Below, piece by piece: positions 1-7,746 of a stretch of 64,000 bases of DNA. This stretch comes from Betaproteobacteria bacterium. Its GTDB lineage: Bacteria > Pseudomonadota > Gammaproteobacteria > Burkholderiales > Eutrophovitaceae. Made by a program: the position numbers and the translations under genes. Within the stretch, counting starts at the first letter, position 1. Every line of letters begins with the position of its first letter. The notes beneath the pieces were generated by a model. The model searched no databases, had not been told where the DNA came from, and saw only the letters and a program-made list of their open reading frames with translations. The stretch spans positions 1,389,991 through 1,453,990 of the forward strand of contig CP070643.1 in NCBI GenBank assembly GCA_020354125.1. The letters are read 5' to 3'.

Positions 1-300
1 TTCATCCTCGTTAAGCCACGCTCCCGCCGCACCAGTCGATATGAAGCGCGGTTGATCGATCGCCGGGATGCCATCCTTTGGCGGGCCGCCGGACTGAATC
101 TCGTCGAGTTCGACGGTACGCCGTGAAAAGTCAGTGTTAGGCCACTCGGCTGCCAGGTGTGAAGGGGCGGCAGCCGATCTTTCTACGGCAAGCGCCTCCG
201 GTGTATCGGATACCCGCTCACAACCGCCCGACCACAGGGCGATCAGCGCTACGGGCGCAAGAACAAGATAAACAAACGGCCTTATGCGGCTAGCCGACAT
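1..300 (-). CDS. DUF3179 domain protein, N-terminal part (gene runs off the left edge)
   Basis: My own reverse-strand translation from the ATG at 300-298 gives MSASRIRPFVYLVLAPVALIALWSGGC (signal peptide). It continues ...WPNTDFSRRTVELDEIQSGGPPKDGIPAIDQPRF, the motif I associate with DUF3179. It is absent from the ORF track because there is no stop inside the window. Confidence 0.65.
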   Translation of the reverse strand, partial: MSASRIRPFVYLVLAPVALIALWSGGCERVSDTPEALAVERSAAAPSHLAAEWPNTDFSRRTVELDEIQSGGPPKDGIPAIDQPRFISTGAAGAWLNEDE

Positions 301-360
301 GGAACATCTCCTGAGAAACGTATTGCCTAATCTACGTTTGTAAGGTTCAGGCAGATGCCT

Positions 361-484
361 AGGGCCTGTTAACACATATTGGATCGCGCGAGTTCTGGTT
401 GAACCGGTTCTGATTGAATCGGTGTGGGCCCGTCCCAGGATTCTTTCAGACAAGGCGTTGCCCCAATATGTGTTAATAGGCCCT
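361..484. repeat. 124-bp element bounded by 22-bp inverted repeats, with internal 15-bp tandem units
   Basis: 361-382 is agggcctgttaacacatattgg. The reverse complement of 463-484 is agggcctattaacacatattgg (21/22 match). Interior 390-419 holds gagttctggttgaac / cggttctgattgaat. The right arm overlaps the stop codon of the 484-1284 gene. Confidence 0.6.
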
Positions 485-1284
485 TATTTGACGATAACGA
501 CCTCAAGGTAGTCGGCGCTGACCAGCAATGTTTCGTCATCAGACTGATTAAACCGGTCCAGAATGCCGTTTAGTTCGATAAGAAACTCCGCGTAGCGCCC
601 ATCATCGAGATTCTCGCGCACACGGATGATCGGCCCGAACCAAGTGCTAAATACATCGATCCAGTGTTGGTTGTCGCGAAAGCGAAACAATGCGCTGCGT
701 TTTGACGATTGTATCGACGAGGTAGCCTCACCAAACAATTCAACGAGGCGTTCTTCTGTACCCCATTCGGGAGGCGAGCGTACTCCCTTTGGTGCTGGCA
801 GATAGCGTCCGACAAGTGCAAACGTCTGTCCCCAAAAGCCATCCGGGGTCCAGTTGCCCAACCCGATACGGCCGCCGCCGCGGCAAACGCGAATCAGTTC
901 CTGCGCCGCCTTTTCCTGGTTCGGCGCAAACATCGAACCGTAGAGTGACAGGACACGGTCAAACGATTCATCTGCAAACGGGATCTGCTCACAATCAGCA
1001 ACTTCAAATTGCGCCGGCAACCCCTCGGCTTCGGCGCGCAAGCGGGCACGTTCGATCAGTGCGGGCACGTAGTCAATGCCGACAGCTTCGCAATTGCGGC
1101 GTGCCGCTGACAAAGCTACGTTACCCGAGCCTGCGGCAACATCGAGTACCTTGTGACCAGCGCGGAGGTCGACCGCTTCACACAACAGCTCACCGGGGTA
1201 TACGGTGTTCCAACCGATAATTGCGAAATCGCCAGTCGCCCAGGTTTGCTGTTGCTTCTGTTTAACAACCTCCAGATCAGGCAT
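484..1284 (-). CDS. class I SAM-dependent methyltransferase
   Basis: ORF 484..1323. Motif I is VLDVAAGSGNVALSAA, and the downstream DxxxFD/acidic-loop pattern fits the Methyltransf_11 type. I prefer the internal ATG at 1284 (MPDLEVV...), which clears the upstream gene's stop at 1299. Confidence 0.8.
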   Translation of the reverse strand: MPDLEVVKQKQQQTWATGDFAIIGWNTVYPGELLCEAVDLRAGHKVLDVAAGSGNVALSAARRNCEAVGIDYVPALIERARLRAEAEGLPAQFEVADCEQIPFADESFDRVLSLYGSMFAPNQEKAAQELIRVCRGGGRIGLGNWTPDGFWGQTFALVGRYLPAPKGVRSPPEWGTEERLVELFGEATSSIQSSKRSALFRFRDNQHWIDVFSTWFGPIIRVRENLDDGRYAEFLIELNGILDRFNQSDDETLLVSADYLEVVIVK

Positions 1285-1298
1285 TGTTGGCCCCCGAT

Positions 1299-2336
1299 TC
1301 AGGCAACCAGTCTCGATGGCCAACCTTTGTTACGGACGTAATCCGCGAGGTTTTTCGGCCGGTAGGATTTGTCGCGGTCCCAGCGTTGTTTGACCGACTG
1401 ATGAATCAACACTTTGTCCTTGCCGTGATCAATTGAGCGAAAAATTTTCTTGCGGATGCGGTAATAGCTTCGGCGAGATTCGTGCAGCGTGGCGGTAGGT
1501 CTCGGTTTTAGTCGCTTTTTCAAATGTGGTTCGAGTGCTAACCCTAATTTGTTTGCTTCGCGCATCATCCAGTCAAGCGCAATGTCAGACAAAAGCCATC
1601 CGCCAGGGTCGGGCGGATAGCTGCCACCCACGTCACTATGCGCTCCGCAAAACCACACCTGCTTCAGATCGAGGTTGTCGCGCGGGACCCATACGGTCGG
1701 TTCAAAATCGGCGCGAAATTCGTCGATCGCCATTGCGTGGCGCGCGATGCGCACATTCGAGCCGATCTTGGTGTCATAGAACTCGTCCTTATCGTCGAGC
1801 AGCCCGAGAAACGAAAAAGGTATTCCCATTGCACCGACCGTATCCCATACGCCAACGAACTTTACCTCTCGTGAAGGATGCGAGTGGGACTTGCGAAACG
1901 CCACTGATCGACTTCCGCGTGGCGCATAAGCATCGCCTGGCTTCTTGTAGTGATCGAATGCGGCCTGAATGAGCCGCGCCTCAGGACGCTTGAGGACGCC
2001 GCAATTGTTAATCAGTCCACACAGACTGCGGACCGTGTAGGCACCGCGGCTAAAACCAAACAGAAAGATCTCATCACCGGGTGCATAGTTCTGCACAATG
2101 TATCGATAGTCATCAACGATGTTTTTGTGTAGCCCTCTGCCGGTAGCACCGCCGACGACGCGATCATAGTAAGAGCCGACTCCCCAGTCGTAAAACACTT
2201 GTTGCGACCACTTGCCACTTCCGACCGGTTTTATCGCGCGTGCCAGTCGCAGCACGTTGGTCGGATAATCCTTGCTCAGATCTTCCTCGGGTCGATTCCA
2301 GGTACCGTCAGCGCAGATAACGATTCTTTTTGGCAT
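1299..2336 (-). CDS. DUF2235 domain alpha/beta hydrolase (Tle1-like fold, stand-alone)
   Basis: ORF 1299..2447. The sequence MPKRIVICADGTWNRP...TNVLRLARAI...IFLFGFSRGAYTVRSL (GxSxG nucleophile elbow) is typical of DUF2235. The ATG at 2336 is preceded by aaggag. The 37 codons upstream look like an ORF-caller extension. Confidence 0.8.
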   Translation of the reverse strand: MPKRIVICADGTWNRPEEDLSKDYPTNVLRLARAIKPVGSGKWSQQVFYDWGVGSYYDRVVGGATGRGLHKNIVDDYRYIVQNYAPGDEIFLFGFSRGAYTVRSLCGLINNCGVLKRPEARLIQAAFDHYKKPGDAYAPRGSRSVAFRKSHSHPSREVKFVGVWDTVGAMGIPFSFLGLLDDKDEFYDTKIGSNVRIARHAMAIDEFRADFEPTVWVPRDNLDLKQVWFCGAHSDVGGSYPPDPGGWLLSDIALDWMMREANKLGLALEPHLKKRLKPRPTATLHESRRSYYRIRKKIFRSIDHGKDKVLIHQSVKQRWDRDKSYRPKNLADYVRNKGWPSRLVA

Positions 2337-2453
2337 TCTGGACTCCTTTGCATGCAGACAGCTTGGGTTTGCGCGTCCGCATGACGCGCGTAGTCCTGCA
2401 ACCATAATCCAGATACCGGCAAAGGGAAACCGGTATAGCGTCAACAAAGAGAT

Positions 2454-3527
2454 TCAGGAGAAAACGTGCTCCATGACACGCTTGCACAGCGACACGCCAC
2501 GATCAACAATGGAGTCGCGCCATTTCCGGTTGGCCGGAGCAAGCATCTCTTTTAGATGCCGCCGCGACGGGTGCTGTGGACTGGCATCCCCATGTTGATA
2601 CCAGTAGTTTTCCCTTCGTAGCGCGTTGACCACCCTGAGTACCGGATAGGTGCCGAACTCCTGCAGCAAGAATGACCAGTCGGGCTTTGGCTCGAGCATC
2701 GTGAACACTTCGGAGAGCATGCCGCGAATTTCGTAAGCGCCATGCGCGCGGGCATCGGTTACCACCTGCTGGCTCAATGCATGACTGAGCGCGACCGCTT
2801 CGTCGGTTTGGTCTCCTCCGCTACGAAAATACAGCGCTTCCTGTCCCCACTTACCCAAGCCGGTGTGCACATCGATGGCGAACACGCGCCGCGCTCCCTT
2901 GAGGTGAAGACTAAGCCAGGCGAGATAGAGCAGCGCGCCTTTTTCAAACTCGTTGCCGCCATAAAACAAGCCTTCAGGGAAATCATACTGACCTTCGGCA
3001 ACCGCCTGTTTCAGCGCCGGCATCCCGTATTTCAGTACGGCCTGTACGGCACGGGCATAAAACAGGTCGGGGCCTGTAGGCAGTCTCACTGGATTGAGTA
3101 ATCCTTCGAGCTGGCAGTAGGCGTCCGCCGAACCGGTGCGCTCGGCCGAATCGACGATGAAGTTCCGGTTCAAGTCGACATTACGTTCATTGACCCGCCG
3201 CAACCAGGCCATTCCATACGGATTCAGGCAGTGGACCAGCACCAACGCTGCGTCCGACGGGATCTTCAGTTCCGAGTCGTCGAGCAACGCAAGCTGGACG
3301 GCGGAACCGGCAAAGCCCTCGACCCCGTGTATGCCCGACGAGTGTATGACCACGCGTGAAGGGTTATCCAATCCAAACCAGGCAATCTCGATTGCCAGCG
3401 GTGAACCCGCCGGACTCATCGCGTCAAGATGAAGTTCGTCCATTTGGGCGCCGGCGGCACAAGCCGCGGCAATAAAGCGCGCCCGCGCGACTTCGTATGT
3501 TTTCGAGAAGTAATCCGAGCCGGTCAT
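2454..3527 (-). CDS. M14-family metallopeptidase-like protein (DUF2817 type)
   Basis: SSGIHGVEG...HCLNPYGMAWLRRVNERNVDLNRNF resembles the zinc-carboxypeptidase/DUF2817 signature (HxxE ... NPxG ... DLNRNF). Confidence 0.7.
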   Translation of the reverse strand: MTGSDYFSKTYEVARARFIAAACAAGAQMDELHLDAMSPAGSPLAIEIAWFGLDNPSRVVIHSSGIHGVEGFAGSAVQLALLDDSELKIPSDAALVLVHCLNPYGMAWLRRVNERNVDLNRNFIVDSAERTGSADAYCQLEGLLNPVRLPTGPDLFYARAVQAVLKYGMPALKQAVAEGQYDFPEGLFYGGNEFEKGALLYLAWLSLHLKGARRVFAIDVHTGLGKWGQEALYFRSGGDQTDEAVALSHALSQQVVTDARAHGAYEIRGMLSEVFTMLEPKPDWSFLLQEFGTYPVLRVVNALRRENYWYQHGDASPQHPSRRHLKEMLAPANRKWRDSIVDRGVSLCKRVMEHVFS

Positions 3528-3654
3528 TTCTTGTTTGATGCTGAAGTAGCCGTTTCAGGTATGGTTCGATTCGCTCAATATAGCCTACGGCGGCGGCGTG
3601 GTGGCTGTATCGACCGGTTCTTTAACGGCACACGCGGCAAATTGTGTAGGGCGT

Positions 3655-4929
3655 CTAGTCAAACAGTGCGGGCAGCCACAACACGACTTTTGGCCAAACC
3701 GATACGATCACGATCACCGATATAAAGCTCAGATAAAAGGGCAGGGAGGCACGGATTGCTCTTTCATAGCTAACCTTCGCAATCTGCGCCGCAGTCATTA
3801 ACGTCATGCCAACGGGCGGCGTGATGTTGCCAACATTCAGCGTGAGAATCATCACCATCGCAAAGTGCAACGGGTCAAAACCGAGCTGAACCATCGCCGG
3901 TACCAACACCGGGGCGACGATGACCAGCGCTGGCAGCACGTCGATCGCGGTGCCAATCAGCAATAACAGCACATCAACGAGCAAGATCTGCAGCAGCGGA
4001 TCGCTACTGAAACCGGCGATCAACTCTGCAGCGTCGCGGGTAATGCCGGAACGCGTGACAAACCAGCCCAATACAGTTGACGCGCCCAGCAAAAAGAAAA
4101 CTACCCCTGACAACCGCACCGTCGTGAGCAGAGCTGCCCAGATCGTTTGCAGCGAGAGGCGCCGGTAAACCGCTACCCCGATCACGATCGTATACACCGC
4201 GGCAAACGCTGATGCTTCCGTCACCGTGCTCAGGCCACTAATAATGCCACCGAGAATAATCACCGGCACCAGCAACGCCGGCAATGTCGGTAGAAAGGCC
4301 TTCACCGCCAGACCAATACCGCCGTCTCCATGCACCGGAAAATCGCGGGCCCAGGCCAGCCACACGCTGACAAACAGCAGTGCACCAACCAACAACAGAC
4401 CCGGGACGATGCCCGCGATGAACAACGAGATCACCGACGTGTCTCGCAAGATGGTGGCATAGACAACCATCACCACACTCGGCGGAATGATCGGCCCGAT
4501 GACCGATGAGCAGGCTGTCACGGCGGCGCTGTAGTCGGCCGGATAACCCTCTTTCTTCATTGCCGGAATCATGAGCTTGCCGACTGCTACGGTATCGGTG
4601 ATCGCGGCACCGGTAAGCCCGGCAAAGAACAGGCTGGTGGTGATGTTGACGTGACTGAGCGCGCCTCGCACACGCCCGAGCAAAGCATTGTTGAAATCAA
4701 TCAGCCGCTGCGTCAGTCCAGCGCGATTCATCAGTTCTGCAGTGAAGATGAAATAGGGGACAGCCATCAGCAGAAAACCACTCACGCCCGAGAACAGACG
4801 ATCGGGGAGAATCTCGAGATACGCTAAACCGCCTAGCGAGACCGCACCGGCCAAACCCGAGAACACCATCACCAGCGCGATCGGTACGCCGATCAGCAAC
4901 AACAGCACAAAAACAGCGGCGGCGCTCAT
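3655..4929 (-). CDS. TRAP transporter large permease (DctM family)
   Basis: A 424-aa polytopic membrane protein with a typical DctM length and sequence pattern. Its start overlaps the stop of the small permease gene at 4929. Confidence 0.9.
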   Translation of the reverse strand: MSAAAVFVLLLLIGVPIALVMVFSGLAGAVSLGGLAYLEILPDRLFSGVSGFLLMAVPYFIFTAELMNRAGLTQRLIDFNNALLGRVRGALSHVNITTSLFFAGLTGAAITDTVAVGKLMIPAMKKEGYPADYSAAVTACSSVIGPIIPPSVVMVVYATILRDTSVISLFIAGIVPGLLLVGALLFVSVWLAWARDFPVHGDGGIGLAVKAFLPTLPALLVPVIILGGIISGLSTVTEASAFAAVYTIVIGVAVYRRLSLQTIWAALLTTVRLSGVVFFLLGASTVLGWFVTRSGITRDAAELIAGFSSDPLLQILLVDVLLLLIGTAIDVLPALVIVAPVLVPAMVQLGFDPLHFAMVMILTLNVGNITPPVGMTLMTAAQIAKVSYERAIRASLPFYLSFISVIVIVSVWPKVVLWLPALFD

Positions 4930-5450
4930 CAGTTCGGCTCAACACCCGGAAGTTCGTCTTCGCGCGGCTTCAGTAACCGCACACCGTTGAACAGGTGTGT
5001 TAGCAGGATCGCACCGCTCGCCGGTACACATGCCGCCACCCAACGGCCGTGAACTTGCAGTTGGTCGGAAACCATGTAGTACTGAGTGGTCGAAACAAAA
5101 AACTGCCAACCAAACCAGAGCAACAAAACGGCAAATACACCAACCGATACTAGACTGACCACCCGCAATGGCCCGACCAGTGATGCAGGAACCAGGCGCG
5201 CTAGGATATTCATTGCGACATGCTCACCACTGTAGAAAGCGACCGTAATGCTGAGCATGCCGATCCAGGGTATGAACAGACGCGCCAGTGAGTAAGTCCA
5301 GCTTAGTGCATCGCCGGTCACCAGCATGTAGAAAAACCCGACAAACGAGATCGACAACATCGCCAGCACACAGAGCACGCAGCAAAGTAGCGTAACTTTG
5401 TTGAGCCTCGCGCTGAAGTCAAGCGCTGCAGATTTAGCGGACATGGTCAA
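4929..5450 (-). CDS. TRAP transporter small permease (DctQ family)
   Basis: A 173-aa four-TM protein sitting between the DctP-like and DctM-like genes. Confidence 0.8.
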   Translation of the reverse strand: MTMSAKSAALDFSARLNKVTLLCCVLCVLAMLSISFVGFFYMLVTGDALSWTYSLARLFIPWIGMLSITVAFYSGEHVAMNILARLVPASLVGPLRVVSLVSVGVFAVLLLWFGWQFFVSTTQYYMVSDQLQVHGRWVAACVPASGAILLTHLFNGVRLLKPREDELPGVEPN

Positions 5451-5468
5451 GGCATGGTTAAAGCTGTG

Positions 5469-6539
5469 TCAACGCCCGTAGAGACGGATTTGGTTCTGAT
5501 TGGTCTCGCTCTCCAAGCGTGCGACCTCACTCCACAGTTCATCTACCAGTTTTGCATCAATGCCGAAGTCTGTGGTGATCCACTTTTTCCATGCCGGGCG
5601 AGCGACGGCGGCCATTGTCTTTTTCTCGCTCTGGGAAAGAATGTGGCACTTCTTGAATTCCTTGCAGGAGGCTTCCCAACCTTTAATCGCTGCGAGCACG
5701 GCAATTCCGTGCGACACCTGAACTGCCTCGCGGGCAGCTTCGATTACCGCCTGCTGATACTTCTTCGGCAGTTTACTGAACCATTTTTCGCTGACTACCC
5801 AGGAAACAGTGTTATAGACGTGTCCGCTCCAGGTGGTGTAATCGTTTACCTCCCACAGTTTGAACGCGAGACTGACGCCGGGGGCGTTGAATTGTCCATC
5901 GGCAAGCCCAGTGCTCAATGCGGTCATGACCTCGCCCCATGGCAATGGTGTTGCTGACGCGCCTAGTGCTTTCATGGTTGCAACATGCGCCGGGTTCTCT
6001 TCGACGCGTATTTTCAGGCCTTTGATATCGGCAACTGTGCGAATCAGTCGCTTGTTATTGGTGAAGGCGACGAATCCGCCGCCATCGTCCAGCGTGCCAA
6101 GATAGCGTAATCCCGACTTCAACGTGCCGCGCATGAAATTGGCATGCCATTCTCCGTCAAAATAAGCGCGCGCAATGCGGTAATCCGGAAACAGGAACGG
6201 CGTGGTCACAATTTGGTATTCGGGAAAGAAAGACGACATCGCACCTGACGAAATAAGAGATGCCTGAACCAAGCGACCAGCCTGCGCCTGTCTTGCCGTT
6301 TCTACTTCCGATCCGAGCTGACCATTGCCGAATACCTGCACGTCGATGTCACCGGAGGTCGCCGCTTCCAGTATTGCTTCGAAGTGCTTCATTGCCGGAT
6401 GCATTTCGTTATTAGTCAGGTCTTCGGGGGCAAGATGGCTGATCACCATGGTGTATTTGGCGGCATGGGCCGAGGGAAGACCAATACAACCGATATAGGC
6501 CAGACATCCAGTCGCGATGAGTGCTTTGAGTAGTGTCAT
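5469..6539 (-). CDS. TRAP transporter substrate-binding protein (DctP family)
   Basis: ORF 5469..6620. I prefer the ATG at 6539 (MTLLKALIATGCLAYIGCIGLPSAHA signal peptide), which is preceded by agggaggg. The body is DctP-like. Confidence 0.85.
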   Translation of the reverse strand: MTLLKALIATGCLAYIGCIGLPSAHAAKYTMVISHLAPEDLTNNEMHPAMKHFEAILEAATSGDIDVQVFGNGQLGSEVETARQAQAGRLVQASLISSGAMSSFFPEYQIVTTPFLFPDYRIARAYFDGEWHANFMRGTLKSGLRYLGTLDDGGGFVAFTNNKRLIRTVADIKGLKIRVEENPAHVATMKALGASATPLPWGEVMTALSTGLADGQFNAPGVSLAFKLWEVNDYTTWSGHVYNTVSWVVSEKWFSKLPKKYQQAVIEAAREAVQVSHGIAVLAAIKGWEASCKEFKKCHILSQSEKKTMAAVARPAWKKWITTDFGIDAKLVDELWSEVARLESETNQNQIRLYGR

Positions 6540-6676
6540 AGATCCCTCCCTTAGTGGTCGACAGGCTGACCAAAGCTCGTGGTCAGGTTGTCCGATAGGG
6601 AGGCAGCATCGCCAGCGCAATGCGTATCTGTCAAGCCCCGTCGGCGGACGGGGCCAAAACAGCAGGCGCGCCGTGT

Positions 6677-7408
6677 CTATTTGCGGCCGAAGTGAGTTGA
6701 CAGATAGTCGAGCACGCGGTCGCGGATAGCAGCGTCTTCAATCGGCGTCATTCCCTGTTCCTCAACCATCCATTCCAGAGACTCGTCCCATGCCGACCGG
6801 CTGAGTCCCTGCTGCTTGACGATCATCAGCGAGTGACAGGCCTTGCAGCGATAGAAGACATCTTCGCGCCCGGGCCCTGGTGGCAACCCCTGCCATTTTT
6901 CCGGATCATCGCCGGCATCCGCGACACCGCTGTCGGCCAAGGCTGATACAGCGGCAGGCAATGCGACCGGATTGTCACTGAGGGTCCTTAAGTAGGCGAT
7001 GAGTTGCGCCCGCTCATTAGGAGACTTGATTCCGGGAAACGGCATGCGCCCTTCGGGTGCGACTAGTTTCGGGTCGAAGAGGTAAACATTCAGTCGCTCA
7101 AATTCCCAGTTCCCGCCGGCCTGCTTGAGCGACTCGGAATACTCGAAACCGGGCTCGCCTGCAATTGGCCGACCGACCACGTTCCACAGATTAGGCCCGA
7201 TCGTGGCGCCGTTGCCGGGGGTCGCGACATGGCACGCTGCACACTGCAGGAAAACATTCTTTCCCGCTGCAACGTCTGCTGAAGCGAGCCGCCCCTCGAT
7301 CGGCTCTACTGTAGCCTGCGCCTGCGCCACTGAAGACAGCCCAGCAAACACTATTGGCAATAGCGTCAGCATCACCAGCCCATGACAATCAACTACATTG
7401 CGTTTCAT
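6677..7408 (-). CDS. diheme c-type cytochrome (class I cyt c domain plus second CxxCH domain)
   Basis: Two heme-binding motifs, CAACH and CKACH. The signal peptide MKRNVVDCHGLVMLTLLPIVFAGLSSVAQA starts at the ATG at 7408. It lies directly downstream of the SorA-like gene on the same strand. Confidence 0.8.
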   Translation of the reverse strand: MKRNVVDCHGLVMLTLLPIVFAGLSSVAQAQATVEPIEGRLASADVAAGKNVFLQCAACHVATPGNGATIGPNLWNVVGRPIAGEPGFEYSESLKQAGGNWEFERLNVYLFDPKLVAPEGRMPFPGIKSPNERAQLIAYLRTLSDNPVALPAAVSALADSGVADAGDDPEKWQGLPPGPGREDVFYRCKACHSLMIVKQQGLSRSAWDESLEWMVEEQGMTPIEDAAIRDRVLDYLSTHFGRK

Positions 7409-7466
7409 AGTCCGTTCCAAAAAAAGTGAAGCGGCATACCGCCGCCTTACCATGTCCACTACTTAC

Positions 7467-7721
7467 CAGGCTGATGCATAACTACTGCGCGACCTTGATC
7501 CGGGCTTGCGCCCGTATTGATTTGAACCGGTGCTCGCCCGCCTTCGGCGGTCCGGCCCGGCCACATAGTCGCCGGGCGCTGCGAGCGGGCGCGGCATGCC
7601 GCGCCTACTCCGCTCTCGCCCTCATGTACTCCCTATCTACACTCCGGTTCCTGCGCACTGGTTCTATCAAATCGAGTGCGCACCCGGCTGAAGGCCGCTC
7701 GCGACGTTTTTCAACACCCTG
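7467..7721 (+). mobile_element. MITE-like repeat, copy A (255 bp)
   Basis: It starts caggctgatgcataactactgcgcgaccttgatccgggcttg and ends ...ccgctcgcgacgtttttcaacaccctg. It aligns along its whole length with 54170-54423 (inverted) and at both ends with 45301-45827. Confidence 0.8.
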
Positions 7722-7746
7722 TCAATGATTCGGGAATCGCCGGCTG

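Noticed and set aside
1299-2336. DUF2235 protein as a type VI secretion phospholipase effector (Tle1) with an adjacent immunity gene.
   Set aside because: No T6SS, VgrG, PAAR or immunity-like genes are nearby. The protein is much shorter than the Tle1 effectors I recall. Neighbouring genes are a methyltransferase and a peptidase-like protein.
6636-6657. Hairpin gccccgtc-ggcg-gacggggc downstream of the cytochrome c gene, as a terminator.
   Set aside because: On the gene's strand the T-run lies before the stem, not after it. It may be a weak or factor-dependent terminator, but I cannot support a call.
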